Source: Octopus vulgaris (taxonomy: Eukaryota). Taken from it: a stretch of DNA of 64,000 bases. The translations under genes and the position numbers were made by a program. Positions 38,023 to 50,796 of this stretch are shown here, piece by piece. The notes beneath the pieces were generated by a model. That model searched no databases and was not told the DNA's origin. It saw nothing but the letters and a program-made list of their open reading frames with translations. The stretch is taken from contig OX597827.1 in the NCBI GenBank assembly GCA_951406725.2, positions 52,142,001-52,206,000 of the forward strand, given 5' to 3'. Each line of letters starts with the position of its first letter. The stretch's first letter is position 1.

Positions 38023-38800
38023 TACAGGGTGTTTGAGCAAAATCTGATGGGATTCTTTTTTGTCTCCTTTTTTCAGGAATAGGTTGATGTATTGGTGAAC
38101 AGCCAACAACATTGGAAAGCATAAAAGTTAGCTAATATGGAGGACTGGATGCCATCTGAATACTAGAAAAAAGTTACCATGATGAGCCAGGCCAGGTGTC
38201 AAGATGCTAATATGATGTTCAATGCTCTATAAACATTGTAAAGGCTGCAAGACATGACATGGATGGCTGCAACAGAGATTATAAAGCTATAGCCAGCAGA
38301 AGGGGAGACAAGACGTTCTGACTGCATCTGCACACTGGAATTCATCTCCACTGACTCAATTGAGTCAGCTATGTGGAGCTGCTGGAGACTAGTAAATCCT
38401 GGGCTGAAAGGCCAGACGTGTAGCAACAGGATTTGGCTCCTTATTATGCCTCCAGAAAGAGTCAGAAGTGGTTGTTGGAGAATTTCTATGACTTTACCAG
38501 CCACATTTCCTGGCCTCCTAATTCCCCCGATTGTAGTCCCATAAATTACTCTGTACAGAATGCAGTTAGTAAAAAAACACCAACTGCTCTGCCTGCAACA
38601 CCTAGGCCAAGATCAAGGTGTTCATAGATCTTACTAGAGACACAGGAATGCTTATGCCAGGTTCCAGAGCTCTCTGGAGGCTGTGGTGGAAGCTGAGGGT
38701 GGCTACTTTGAGTAAGTTATCTTCAAGACATAATCTACAGGATATTTGGGCTAAATTTGATGATTTCTTTATTTTTATATATGTATTTCCTTTTTTTCAG
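38023..38800 (+). mobile_element. Tc1/mariner-superfamily (maT/DD37D-like) transposon remnant
   Basis: Starts TA-CAGGGTG. Peptide QQDLAPYYASRKSQKWLLENFYDF...WPPNSPDCSPINYSV resembles QQDxAPxH...WPPxSPDLNPLDYSVW. Confidence 0.8.
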
Positions 38801-41086
38801 GTACAGCTTCATATATTGGTGAATGGTCAACAGCATTGTTGAACAAAAAAATTAAAGCTGTAGTTGAGAAATAGTTAGCTAGCATAGAGGACTGGAAGCC
38901 ATCTGAGTATTGGAAAAGAGTTACCTATATCATGATGATTCATGCCAACTATCAAAATGTCAACATCATGACTGCTGCTCAATTTTCTGTGAACACTGTA
39001 AAGGCTGCAATGGAGACTACAATGCTGATTTATGTATTTTTTAGAAGTTATTGATTCTGAAATAGATTCAAATTTATTTGGAATGAATCGGTCAAAAGCA
39101 TTTATCACCAATATCAATGTTCAATGATACTACTGACATTTTTAATTAAGGTTCACAATTCAATTCTGCAGGACGTTCTTAAGATTTAAAGGATGATGAA
39201 CAAAAGATAACTTTCCTTCAAAACTTTGCAACCAAGGAGATGGCCAGTCAAAACTAACTAAATTAAAAACAGAAAAAAAGAATAACATACATACATGTTT
39301 GTGTGGAGGGTATACACAGACACACATGGGGGGGGGGGGTTACATACATGCATAATTTAGGCTGGTCCAGTGCCCTATTCTGGAGTTTCCGCTACGTGAG
39401 ACAAATCTAAACTCAAGTGCAACAAACCAATGGAGCGGTCTGGATAAACTATTGCACTCTAAATTTATATTGAGTATGTCTTCTGATCGTTACATAACAA
39501 CGGTGTGTGTGTGTGTATGTGTATTCGCGTACATAAGTAAATTTATGTATACTCATGTAATCATAAGCTTTGACTTCTCAATACTGAAGCAAGTGAATGA
39601 GAGTTACTTCCCTTGAATTTTTGCCTGCGTATTGTCGAGCTGATATTAAACTTCGTAAAAGTAACGGAATTTGTGGCGTCCAGAGAACCACATCTGTTAT
39701 TTTTGTTTTAATTAGAACTCGCAACCTGAACAACTGCAATATAGTTTTTGTGTGAACATGAAGCTTAGATGTGCAATGCTGATTCTGGCATTAATGTTAA
39801 TATGTAGCAGGATGGTGTAGCAAAAGATGTTGAGGTAGATGAAATAGGTATGTGGATGACATCAAAGTATAACAATGGGAAAGCATCGAATTGTGGATTA
39901 AATGATTTATTTAATCGACGCTTGCATTTACGTGTTGTATACACCAGAAAATTCACTACATGACATTACCAACTTGCTTCGAGTTGGCGAAGAAGAAAAT
40001 AAACAGGGGTAATAGTGTCGATGTGATGAGTTAGAACTGGGCATGTTTTGTGTCTGTGTGTGCGTTGGTCATTCGGTGGTGTCTGTTTATGTTCTGCGAC
40101 TGCTACTGTGTTAGGTCGTTCATGCTGAAATTGTGGTTCTATGTTGGCTGCTTGACTGGCGCAAGTTACTTGCTGGCTGTCTGCTTGTCTCTTGACAGTT
40201 CGCCTGGTGATGGCTATCTGCAGTCCCTTGAGGGATTGCCACTTGATGGCTGTCTGACTGTATTTATAATGGTCATGACAGCTAGGACAGATATACCACA
40301 GGAGTAATTTCTACTTATGTAGGTCGCCTCCTGTCCACTTGAACTTTAAATGATACAGCTAAGGTCGTAGGTCGAAGAGAAATCAATCCATCACTTTTTC
40401 ACAGGACAAAGAAATTTCTCTCGCACCTTAGATTCGGTTTCAAATTTACAGGTGCTTCATACAAGGGGTTTGCTTTCAGTAACCATCTTCACAGCAGTGC
40501 GTAACTAGCCTTCTCTCCCATACACATGAGGCTCAATAACCTCTGGAGACAATGCATGCAGTACCACAGTGGGACAAAATCTGCTGTGAGCTCCTGGCTT
40601 CGAAGTCTTGCTTGGTGGTCAGCATGAGAAGAATGAGATATTTTTTTATTACCCACAAGGGGCCAACGAAGAAGGGACAATACAAACATGTGGGGACACG
40701 AAAAAATTAAAATTAAAATATACGATATACATGAATGATACAATGAAAATGATAATGAAAATTAGCTACTTGCTCCACCTCAAGCAGTATCACTTGCTTC
40801 CTTTTATCTTTTAAATATCATTTCCATATTCCTCGGTCAGCTCCTCATACTTTATGTTGTCTGGTATCATCTTTAAATCACAAATCACCCTCCAACACTT
40901 ATAACCACCCTTGTATTTCAATATTTCATCTTTTTGACTTTCGGACACCAGAACACATGAATGCCATCCTTCAATGTTTGTCCATCCTTTGACATGAACA
41001 AATCTTGCAGTCTTCCATTTTGTTATCTCATTGAGCAGTTCCTTGTCCACACCTTCAACCATCATACAAGTGTAACAATTTTCAGT

Positions 41087-41190
41087 GGAACCTTCAGTTG
41101 CACCCTCATACTTTCACACGATCGGTTGCCCATTTGGGCCAATTACTGTTACCTCTGCCTCATACATGACAGTTTCTGTATTACAGTGGT
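41087..41190 (-). mobile_element. Possible Penelope GIY-YIG endonuclease fragment
   Basis: HCNTETVMYEAEVTVIGPNGQPIV*KYEGATEGS resembles C.....VYxAxV...YIGxTEG. Confidence 0.45.
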
Positions 41191-41607
41191 CTACCTACTT
41201 AAATGCTCCAAAGAATTTAACCAAAGCTCTAACAAAAAACACACAGAGAAGCTTATGCAGTCTCTGGGCACCCACTCCACTGAAAAAGATACACATATAG
41301 TATCACTGCATATATTCCAATTCTACATGAACACCAACCCCAAGACATACATTAATTTCCCATACACACTTTCCAGTAAACTCTTATCACCTTCTAACAT
41401 CCACAGACGGGGTTTTATATGCCAAGGGGCATAACTCTTAACCCTTAATTTGTTTCGTCGTCTTTTTCACAACCACAATCTAGATGGTCTTTTCACCTTC
41501 AACAATAGAGAAATGTCGCCATATTTCATTCCATAGCTGTCATCTCTGAAGAGCACAGGGTTATATAATTGGACTGCTATCCTAACACTGTTGAAGCCCT
41601 AGTGGAG

Positions 41608-41795
41608 TAAGGTAGCAAGCTGGCAGAATCATTGGCACACTGGGCGAAAATACTTTGCAGCTTTTCATCCATCTTCATGTTCTGAGATCAAATTCCATCG
41701 ACTTTGCCTCTCATCCTTTCAGGGTCATTAAATAAACGTTGGACACTGTGGGCTGATATAATTGGTTTGCCCTACTCCAAAATTTGAAACCAATA
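41608..41795 (+). mobile_element. SINE family B
   Basis: aaggtagcaagctggcagaatc...ctttgcctctcatcctttc...aaatttgaaacc. Confidence 0.75.
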
Positions 41796-42285
41796 TTGGG
41801 AGTGAGGATTAATATTCCCAAAATGAAATTTTACAAAAATAAGATCATTGTTACAAGAAACCTTAAAACTGTGTACCATTTCATTCCAGCCACAATATTG
41901 TAGCAATGATAACAGATATTTCTATTAAGTTTAGTTAGCATCAGAGGATTGCTTACAGAAGCCCTGAAGTGAATGTTAGCAACAAATAGGATTCCATCAC
42001 TTACAGATTGAGTTCATGAAGAAAATTTTCATTTTTATTTTTGTATTAACTATTCTAATAAGAGTTGGACAATTAGCTGACTGAAATGAGGTTTGGTATT
42101 ATCTCCACTGAGGGATTTCTCCTAATTAAAAACAAATAGTGTATAAAGGCAAGTATAGTTCTATAAACATAAAAGGGATATTGACAGGTCTTTGTTTATT
42201 TTGCACTACAGAGCTACTGAAGAAATGACACCATTTGTAGTAACACTTAAAATGCATTAGATTGGTATTCCTATTATTAGTGATT

Positions 42286-42490
42286 AAGGTGGCAAGTTGG
42301 CAGAATCGTAAGTACGTTGGACAAAATGCTTAGTGGTATCTTTGTTTCAAGTTCGAATCCTACCAAAGACAACTTTGCCTCTCCTTTTGAGGTCAATAAA
42401 ATGAAGAACTTATCAAATACTAGGTGCAATGTAATTGACTAGTCCATCTCTCCTAAAATATTACTGATCTAGTGCTAAAATTTGAAACAA
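42286..42490 (+). mobile_element. SINE family B
   Basis: aaggtggcaagttggcagaatcg...caaaatgcttag...aaatttgaaac. Confidence 0.75.
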
Positions 42491-44399
42491 TTGTCTTTCA
42501 AAGTATAAAGGTGCGATTTTTTTCTCTCTCTCTCTCTCTGAATACAACTTCATTTCAAGTATTACCAGACACAATTTTTTTTTTAATTTTGGAGTACTTA
42601 CCAATAAGAATTTTAGTTACCTGTGGACAGTCTACCATTGATGCCCTGAGGTAGACTAAAATAGGTTTCTACAGACTTAAATTTATTTACTTTCATAACT
42701 TGATGACATTTCCTGTCAAAGTCTCTAACAGACTTGCCTGCTGCACAAGGCAAAATATTTGAGCAGTACACAAAATGAAGAAAAAAAAACAAAAGACAGC
42801 TGTAAAATAAGTTGCACCTCAGTAAGAACACTTACAGCAAGAAGAAAATAAAGAACATTTTAATGAATAATTAACAGAATAAAATCATTCCTAACAGTTT
42901 AGCAAATAATTTTAACAAAGGCGATAACAACACCACTCATGCACAGAGAAATATACATATAGTAGTTTTGCCTCTGTGGTTTTTTAGATTTAACACAGTT
43001 CCCTGAAAAAAGAATTGGGAGAATCTTACAAAACCAACTGGTATCCCTTTCCTGCATAATCTAATCCAGATCAAAGAGGAAAATGAGGTATTTGTTCTTC
43101 AAAAAGAAAGCAGTTTCTAATTGCATTCAAAACAGTGGTCAGAAGAAATTCTCTCGGTCAAGAGGAAGAAGGTTTATGACGTGGTTTGCTGCATTTTCAA
43201 GAATAGAGACTCAGCCAAAACCTAGACTGAAATAGGTATAACTCTGACCATGCAAGGTGACAATGAGGGACATTGGAAACAATATGAATCTGTGTCTGGT
43301 CATTTTTGTATCCCAGTATGGGCAGGTGATTTAAATAGGAGTGACAAGAGGCAGTGTGGTCATTGAGAAGGTCAAAATGGATGAGTTCTAATGCCCTCCA
43401 AAGACCACAGAGCTGTGGACAGTTGAGACAAATGGCATGGCACTGTAGGACAAAAGAACTAGTTGCTACATATATGGTAGTAAGAACTAAATGGAGGCTT
43501 TTTACCCCAAAGAATTGAAAAATAAGAAAGGAAAGCAATAGAGACAAGCTGAAGCAGCAACAATAAGCCTGTCTCCAAAGCACCGTCAGTCACAGCTGTG
43601 AGAATGGTAGCTATTGTCTTGTATCCAGTTTTGGAAACAAATGAGCAGACACTCCATTATCGTATGAAAGAGAGATAATGGTTGTGGAGCAAACTTTCCA
43701 AACTGCAAAACAAAAGAAAGACATCACAAAAAAAAGAAAAAAAAAAGATGACTAGCAATAGCAAACATGTGAAACATGAAAGCTCCTTGTGGTAAGAAGG
43801 AAAACAATGATGAAAAACAGGATGGATTGAAATTCACCATCCTTCAAAGGTTGAACAAAAACCTAATAGACACAACCACACATTTACAGTGTAGTGGATA
43901 TATTGATTCATGAAACTCAAGGTTGGATTTAAGGAAATGGTCAAAAGACAGGATGTTGGTAAAAATAACTGAATATAAACTGAAAGAAATGTATTCTGAT
44001 GACATGAGTTTTTACTTACCCCAACTCACTAAAAAATGATAACAGGCCCCTTTGGGTGCAAACCAGACTTAAACATAAGCAATAGCAGGTGGGTAGAGAT
44101 CTGGAGTGTTCCAACTCAATTAGTTAATAGATTACTCATCGGCGAGAACCTTGTTTTTCCTGTTTTCTGTTTAATGTATATTTTATCTTAATGACACACT
44201 TTTAATTATTCTATTTTTATGCATTTTAACTTGTCCCTTTATATATATATATATATATAGATAGATAGATAGCAACCATCACTCTTCACCTTGTCTTTGT
44301 TATAACTTTTGTCCTACCTCACACATTTTGCAATCCCGTTTAGCATTCATCATCTCTTCAAAACCTTGTGGCTAATAAAGAAACTATTATCGCCATGTG

Positions 44400-45370
44400 T
44401 AGGTGTATGACCTAGTGATGAAGAGTGTTCAGTTCATACGATAATCAGTGTAATTTCTAGACCAGGCAGCATGTTTGTCCTTGAGCAAGTCACTTTATTT
44501 CATGTTGCTGCAGTCTATTTAGCTGTAATACTCTCATAGCTATCTTTGTCTGCGATGACCACATTCTGAATGTTCAAGGATGAAGGGGCCAAGAAAAGGT
44601 CTATGACTGTGGCTTCAAAGGCACTTAAAGCAATTAGTGAAAGCATAGTATACTTGACCAAGCTATGTTCACAACTGATTGTTTTATCATTATCATTTAG
44701 CACACCTTTACATTCTGAGTTCAAATTCTGCTGAAGCTGACTTTGCCTTACATCTTTTTGGGGTTGATAAAATGTTGCTGACCACTCATCCTATGCTAAA
44801 ATGTCAGGTCTATAGCAGAAAGTATTATTATTATCATTTAAAGTGGTGAGCTATTAGAATGATTAGTACAGGGCAAAAATGCTTAGCAGTATTTTGTCCA
44901 TCTTTATGTTCTTAATTCAAATTCTACCAAGATCGACTTTGCCTTTCATCCTTTTGAGGGTCAATAAAAATAAGTACTAGTTGAATACTGGGTTTGATAA
45001 AAATTGATTTGTCCCCTCCCCCAAACTGTTGGCCTTGTACCAAAATTTGAAATCATTAGTATTGTTATCAGAATAGTAGATATATAGAATAATTGTTTCA
45101 GTTATGTTTTCAGTTCAAAGTTTACCAAGATCAACTTTCATCCTTCCAGGATCAATAACATAATACCAGTCAAGCAGTACATCTCCATTCAAAAATTACT
45201 GGCCTTGTACCAAATTTAGAAACAATTATTATGATTATTATTTTACCAAGTGACAGAAATGATAACAGTACACTTGATGAAACAGTACCGGACTGAATTG
45301 CCTTGTGCATTCTACATTTATACCACACCAGTGTCAACTTTGCTTTTAACCCTTCCAAGGTTTATAAATT
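44400..45370 (+). mobile_element. Cluster of SINE fragments (one family D head and several family B copies; full copy ~44840-45055)
   Basis: Repeated family B motifs ttcaaattct, ctttgcctttcatcc and ggccttgtaccaaa. Confidence 0.7.
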
Positions 45371-45811
45371 AAGTATCAATGTCATAAAATGTGGCCTTAA
45401 GTCAAAGGAAGAAACTATTGTTATTATAATGCAGTGGTTAGGAGTTTGTTGTAGCAGAATTCTCAGCAAACTGTGATTCAGTTTCAATTCCAATGTGGAC
45501 AGCATTTGAGCAGGAAAGGCAATAATGCTATAACTTCCTATTTTCTTAGAAATCTGAGGATCTATACTTACATAAAATATGTTTCCAATACAAAATATGC
45601 CTAGACCAACACTGCTTTTTGTACTAGTTTTAAAATATACACATAACATTGTAAAGTTGAATCAATGTTGAAGGCATTGAAGGCATAAGATTATGATTTT
45701 GTCAAAATACATTGGTATTTTATTTGGCTGTGTATTTTTTATTTCAAATCTTACTTAGAAAAAGAAATTTCACATTTCTTTGTCCCACACAAATGTTAAA
45801 ATAGATGAACT

Positions 45812-45930
45812 CTAGTTATATTTAGCGGGGAGAAAAACTGGGTTCTCAACAGTTACCAAAGCTGACAAATGTTGTGTTTGGTTAGTACTTAGATGGGAAG
45901 CTCCTTTAGAAATCTAGGTGATATAAGTAG
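45812..45930 (+). pseudogene. 5S rRNA-derived relic (pseudogene or SINE3 head)
   Basis: ggttctc...ccaaagct...TGGTTAGTACTTAGATGGGA...gaaatctaggtg aligns to the 5S internal control region (GGTTAGTACTTGGATGGG); heavily diverged elsewhere. Confidence 0.65.
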
Positions 45931-46276
45931 CAGAAGTACTCTGAGTGAGTCTGACTTAGCTTGTGTCTGAATATCTAGAAATCTGTGTATGATAAAGAAA
46001 TAGTATTTCTATTATTACTGTAGATAGCTACTTTTAATAGATGATTGATTTGGCTGAGTCATTTCTATTTCATGTCCAGTTACTGGTGTTATTCTCTGTC
46101 TGGGATCAAAACACTTAATTCTCAGTTGCTAAGTTTATCTAGTTACAAAAGTTATGTGATCACAGCAGTATAAAAACTGCTGAAAGTTATATTAAATTCA
46201 AATTTTCCAGGATTTAGGAAGGTGAAAATGGTAGAAACAGTAATCATTAAAAAGTAATATTTCAGAGGAGACTAGG

Positions 46277-46435
46277 GCTGTGAGCTGGTAGAGTTGTTAG
46301 CATGCTAAACAAAATGCTTAGCAGGATTTCGTCCATCTTGATAAAATAAGTACCAGTTGATTACTAGGGTCAATGTAATCAACCTACCCTGTTTCCTGAA
46401 ATTGCTGGCCTTGTACCAAAATCTGAAAGCAATAT
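46277..46435 (+). mobile_element. SINE family B (internally deleted)
   Basis: gagctggtagag...caaaatgcttagcaggatttcgtcc...gataaaataagtaccagttg...ggccttgtaccaaaat. Confidence 0.75.
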
Positions 46436-48024
46436 TTCAAGAGGATACTGACACCTGTTATAAACTGCTTTTTAAGCATATATCATTAGAGAATAAAACT
46501 GAGCCAAAAAATTAGGAATCTCTGAATTTTGGGCAAAGTTTTTAACTATTTTTTCTTGTATGTTAGTTAATTGTTTAGTTAACTTTTCAGCCATACTTTT
46601 CACATATGTAGTTTTTAAAACAATAACAGAAATATTTCAAATTCTACTTATCTATGAGTGAGGATAACATTATTTGAATTTTTTAAATTCCTACAACAAA
46701 CAATAAAATCAACATATGAAGAATAGCCTGTTTCCAACTATTACCATTCCACTGAGCCTGGTGTATCTAGTATTTCTTTGAGATATTGCAAAAGTTGTGT
46801 AACCAGGCAATCATAAGAGAACAGAGGAAGCAATGCTGGTAAAACATCTATTCTTTAAACAAATAATTATTTTTAAGCAACAAAGCTCAAGATTATTTAC
46901 TTTCACAGATCTCTGCAGTCCATTTGGTCTCCCTTATCTCAAATTCAAAAGGTATTAACAAATTAGTCACTGTACAGAATACTAATTTATTGCAATCAAC
47001 TGTTCTCACAAAGTAAAATAAAACCCTGAATTGCAAGCATATGTGCTGCTATTGCTAGCAACTGTGAATTAAATCACTGTATTAACTGCAACTACAGTAC
47101 AAGGATGTGGTATTGAGTTTTGACCTTAGGTACAATGCTAATCCAGTGACAGGCTACAAATTCCCATCTCCTTCAACCAGTTGCTTGATACCTGATATCT
47201 TAACCTTCTGTATCTTTCAACAATAAAGAGACAGCCACAGTTACAAAATAGTTCAATGCAGGTGATTTTATCAGTTATCTCACGGTAATGACTATATTTT
47301 ATTGCAGATGACGTGATTCAATCAAGATGATCAGTTCTCTGATAGAACAATTACTGATGCAAGAGTAATGGGGGTGATTATTAGTACATCCAATAATTCA
47401 TTAGTAATAGCTGTATTCCCAGGACAAGATATTGAAATACTTCTTACATATTGTTGTGTGAGGTTGTAGTAGCATACCCAAAGCTACCATGAGTATGAGG
47501 GTATTTGAAAATACCTCACAGAGTGACGACTGTACTCTGCATAGCTATGGGCTGCCTTTTGGCAAGGCATAGCACCTGTTTGGCCATCCTGCCAGGGATA
47601 TGGCAAAGTCATGGGACTGCATCATGGCAACTGTGAAGTGGTTGCAGAAGAGCTGAACTAAGCCAACAATGCTTTTTACATTGGTGCTCAGCGGAGGAAT
47701 CCTAGGAGATCAAACAGTCAGGATCACCAAAATCTATCAAGAGTAACTGCAATGCTTCCATATGGATGGTGTCCATGGTTGTGTAATCAGCTAATGAACG
47801 ATTCACTGTGACTCAAGCTCCCAATTCAAGTTCATAATAATGGAATTGGATGGTGACAGAGATGAGAATTTGCGAAAGCAGCAAAGAAATATAAAAAAAA
47901 GACACGCTCCAAACATAGCACTAAACAATTCTTGTCTCATTTATGTGAAGGGAACATTGGTAACTTTTAAGTGTTTTTATAGAAATTGTAGTGATACGGT
48001 GGCTATTATTATTGATATTGTGAA

Positions 48025-48245
48025 CGTGGCAAGCTGGCAGCACCATTAGCATATTGAACAAAATGCTTAGCAACATTTCATCCATCTTAACATTGTAAGT
48101 TCAAATTCTGCCCAAGTCAACTTTGCCTCTCATCCTTTTAGGGTTGATAAATTAAGTAGCAGTCAAGCACTGGGGCCCCAATGTGATCAACTAGCCCCCG
48201 TCCCCCAAAACTTCAGGCCTTGTGCCTATAGTAGAAAGGATTGTT
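48025..48245 (+). mobile_element. SINE family B
   Basis: gtggcaagctggcag...aaatgcttagc...ggccttgtgcctatagtagaaagga. Confidence 0.8.
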
Positions 48246-48489
48246 ATTGATATTATCCTTTACTTTGAGTAGAGCACTAGACGTTCCTCAGTCTGCTTCT
48301 CTAGAAGTAAAGCAGGTGAGTGATTTGATGGTGGGGATTCACTTGTTCTATTAGCTGAATAACTTGTTTCTGAAATAACATGTAAGTGGCTGAGTATATC
48401 ACAGACAAGTGTACCCTTCTCAGGTAGAAATGGCAAGACACTGTATGACAAGGATTGCACCTTTTCAATTACAGGTACAATCAAACTGA

Positions 48490-48625
48490 TGGGTTTCTAT
48501 GCAGTTTCTGTCCACCCATCTTCACTTTACTCAAGGTTATAGAAAATGACATTTGCTCAAGATGCCATGCAGTGGAATTGAACTCAGGAATCCATGGTTG
48601 TGAACTTCTTAACCATTCAGTCATG
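48490..48625 (-). mobile_element. SINE family A, degenerate fragment
   Basis: caagatgccatgcagtggaattgaac...cttcttaacca. Confidence 0.5.
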
Positions 48626-48714
48626 GTGGAGAACTAAGCTAAAAGAAATTTACAATTTTGGTAAAGTGTGAAGATCAAATCCCTCTCAAAATGAAAATAA
48701 CCAACAGTAAGAGG

Positions 48715-48720
48715 TTTATT
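48715..48720 (-). terminator. Candidate polyadenylation signal (AATAAA) for MARCHF5
   Basis: TTTATT on + lies at the end of a ~1.9-kb stretch downstream of the stop codon with no recognisable SINE; SINEs resume just beyond it. Confidence 0.4.
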
Positions 48721-50613
48721 TAATTTCAAGGTCAGCTCATATCACCAAATCCATTTTCAGTTGGTAAAAAATAAACACAAGTATAATCTTTCCAGTATTT
48801 CCAACTATTCTGTTACTTTGAGATACAAAAGGTTTCTATTATGTTATTTTTGCAACAAATAAAAATCTTGACATTTTATGGAAAAACCAGAATATCAACG
48901 CATTTTTTAAAAATTCAAACCTAGCATAGAAAAATATCAAATTTCTTACTCTGTCAGCTCAATGGTAAAATTCTGTTATAAACCATACCTCCTCCCATGT
49001 CACCACACATTTTATAATTTGCGAATAACCTCTCCTTCTACAAGTTTACGAATTACTAAGCTTGCCTTGTACATTTTGCAAATTTTATTAATGACCAATC
49101 ATTCTGTCACTTCACATCAGTTTATGAATGATAATCATTAACTCCTCTTGACACCATTTCATAATGGTCAGCTTTTATAAACTTTAAGTTCATATGAGAT
49201 TATTGAGCAAGTTCTTTCTTCCTCTTCTGAAGCAGTTTACACCAAGTCTCCCTTTGCTTTAAAAAAAAAAAAAACTTGTCTTATAACTACTCTTTACTGT
49301 CTCTTCAGACCAATCATCATATGGGAAATATTCAGTCTCTTCCATTCAAAGCAACTTGCTCATTATCACATATTGGATCTTGTCTTAGGACAACATGCCC
49401 CATAATAAAGAGGAAATGGCCACGACTAGAAATACATTGAATGCTTTTTTCAACCCAAGTCTTTCATGTCATACATCTGCTCATTCAGAGCTAATTGTGA
49501 TGATTCAAAAAGTAAAACCAGCACTAATCAGAAACTGAACTCCAGACACTGAGGCACAAAACTGAAGATGAGATGCCACAGTTGTAATGTTGATCACAGG
49601 ATAAGTTGCATCCAATATTGACATACTAGACATCCTATAGGCATAGAAGCATTGCAGCTCCAGGATGCTGGACATGTGGATTTGTAATGAGCATTTGATC
49701 AGTTATCTCTATGCTATAATTTTGATCAGTTAGAACCAACTAAGTCAATAATAACAACAGCTAAGAGAAGGACAACTGTTATAAAACATTTCTGGAAGAA
49801 AAAAAAAAGGGTTTCTGTACTTATTTCTGCTTTCCCTTTTTTTTTTACATTCATTCTGAAAAAATCCTTTATACATGTTTGGTGCTGGTCGTTAAGGGCA
49901 ACAGGCAATTGAATGAGTGGCAGCAACACTGTGCCTATACATATGTACATGTGTCTTTGTGTATGTAATTGCATATGTAGATTGATGACATTGGTTATGT
50001 TTATATAAGTGTGTTGATACATAAGTATCTGTGAATGCATGATTCGTGATGATGTAAATAGATGTGTGAAATGCACAAAGATGTATGTGTATATATGCCA
50101 GTGTATGAATGCACAAGTATGTTTGCATATTCATTCATGTGTATAGCTGACAGGAAAAGGAAAGAGAGATTTGGAAAAGAAATTAAGATTAAAAATAAAT
50201 TTGTGCACTTGAATATCTTCACTTTCTTTCTACTTTTCTTCCCCTTTTTAATTACTTTTTTTTTTTCTATTTTCTTCGCTTTATTTTAAAAGTCTTCTTT
50301 CTGCCTTTTAAATATATTAAAAGGAAAGATAATTTCATTGAAGTTTATCAAATTTCATTGAGAAAGAGAATGAAATTGATGGAGAGGACAGAGGGAGACT
50401 ATATTACTCTTTTCTTCTCAACCAATTACCTTCTCATTTTGCCGCCTACTCCTTTTGATCTCCCACCACCAGCAATGAACACATACACGCACACACAACA
50501 CACCACCACCTCCAATCTTTCTTTTCTGCAACAATTGCAATGACAATAATTGCAATGACAACAGAAATAATTAGGACAATAATGACATGGTGGCACACTA
50601 CATCAAAAGAAAA

Positions 50614-50796
50614 TCACTGATGGTCTGACGTTGCTGTTGATGCCATTGATGTAGCCATGCTGGGAGAAACACTGGAGCTAGGTGATACATCATCTTCATT
50701 AAAGTCCTTCACTATACGACTCAGTTGCTGAATGTAAAGCTGTTGACGCAGGTAGATCTTGAGGAAGCCTTTGATTATGATAAATGCCACACCACC
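50614..50796 (-). CDS. MARCHF5: MARCHF5 last coding exon
   Basis: Acceptor tctctctcttag|GGT. Encodes GGVAFIIIKGFLKIYLRQQLYIQQLSRIVKDFNEDD...SDHQ* (cf. GGIAFVAIKGAFKVYFKQQQYLRQ). TGA is at 50616-50614. The RING-CH exons were not found in the window. Confidence 0.95.
   Translation of the reverse strand, partial: GGVAFIIIKGFLKIYLRQQLYIQQLSRIVKDFNEDDVSPSSSVSPSMATSMASTATSDHQ

Noticed and set aside
40811-41434. 84-aa and 157-aa ORFs as host genes
   Set aside because: No consistent splice structure, an in-frame stop upstream, and partial resemblance to decayed retroelement sequence.
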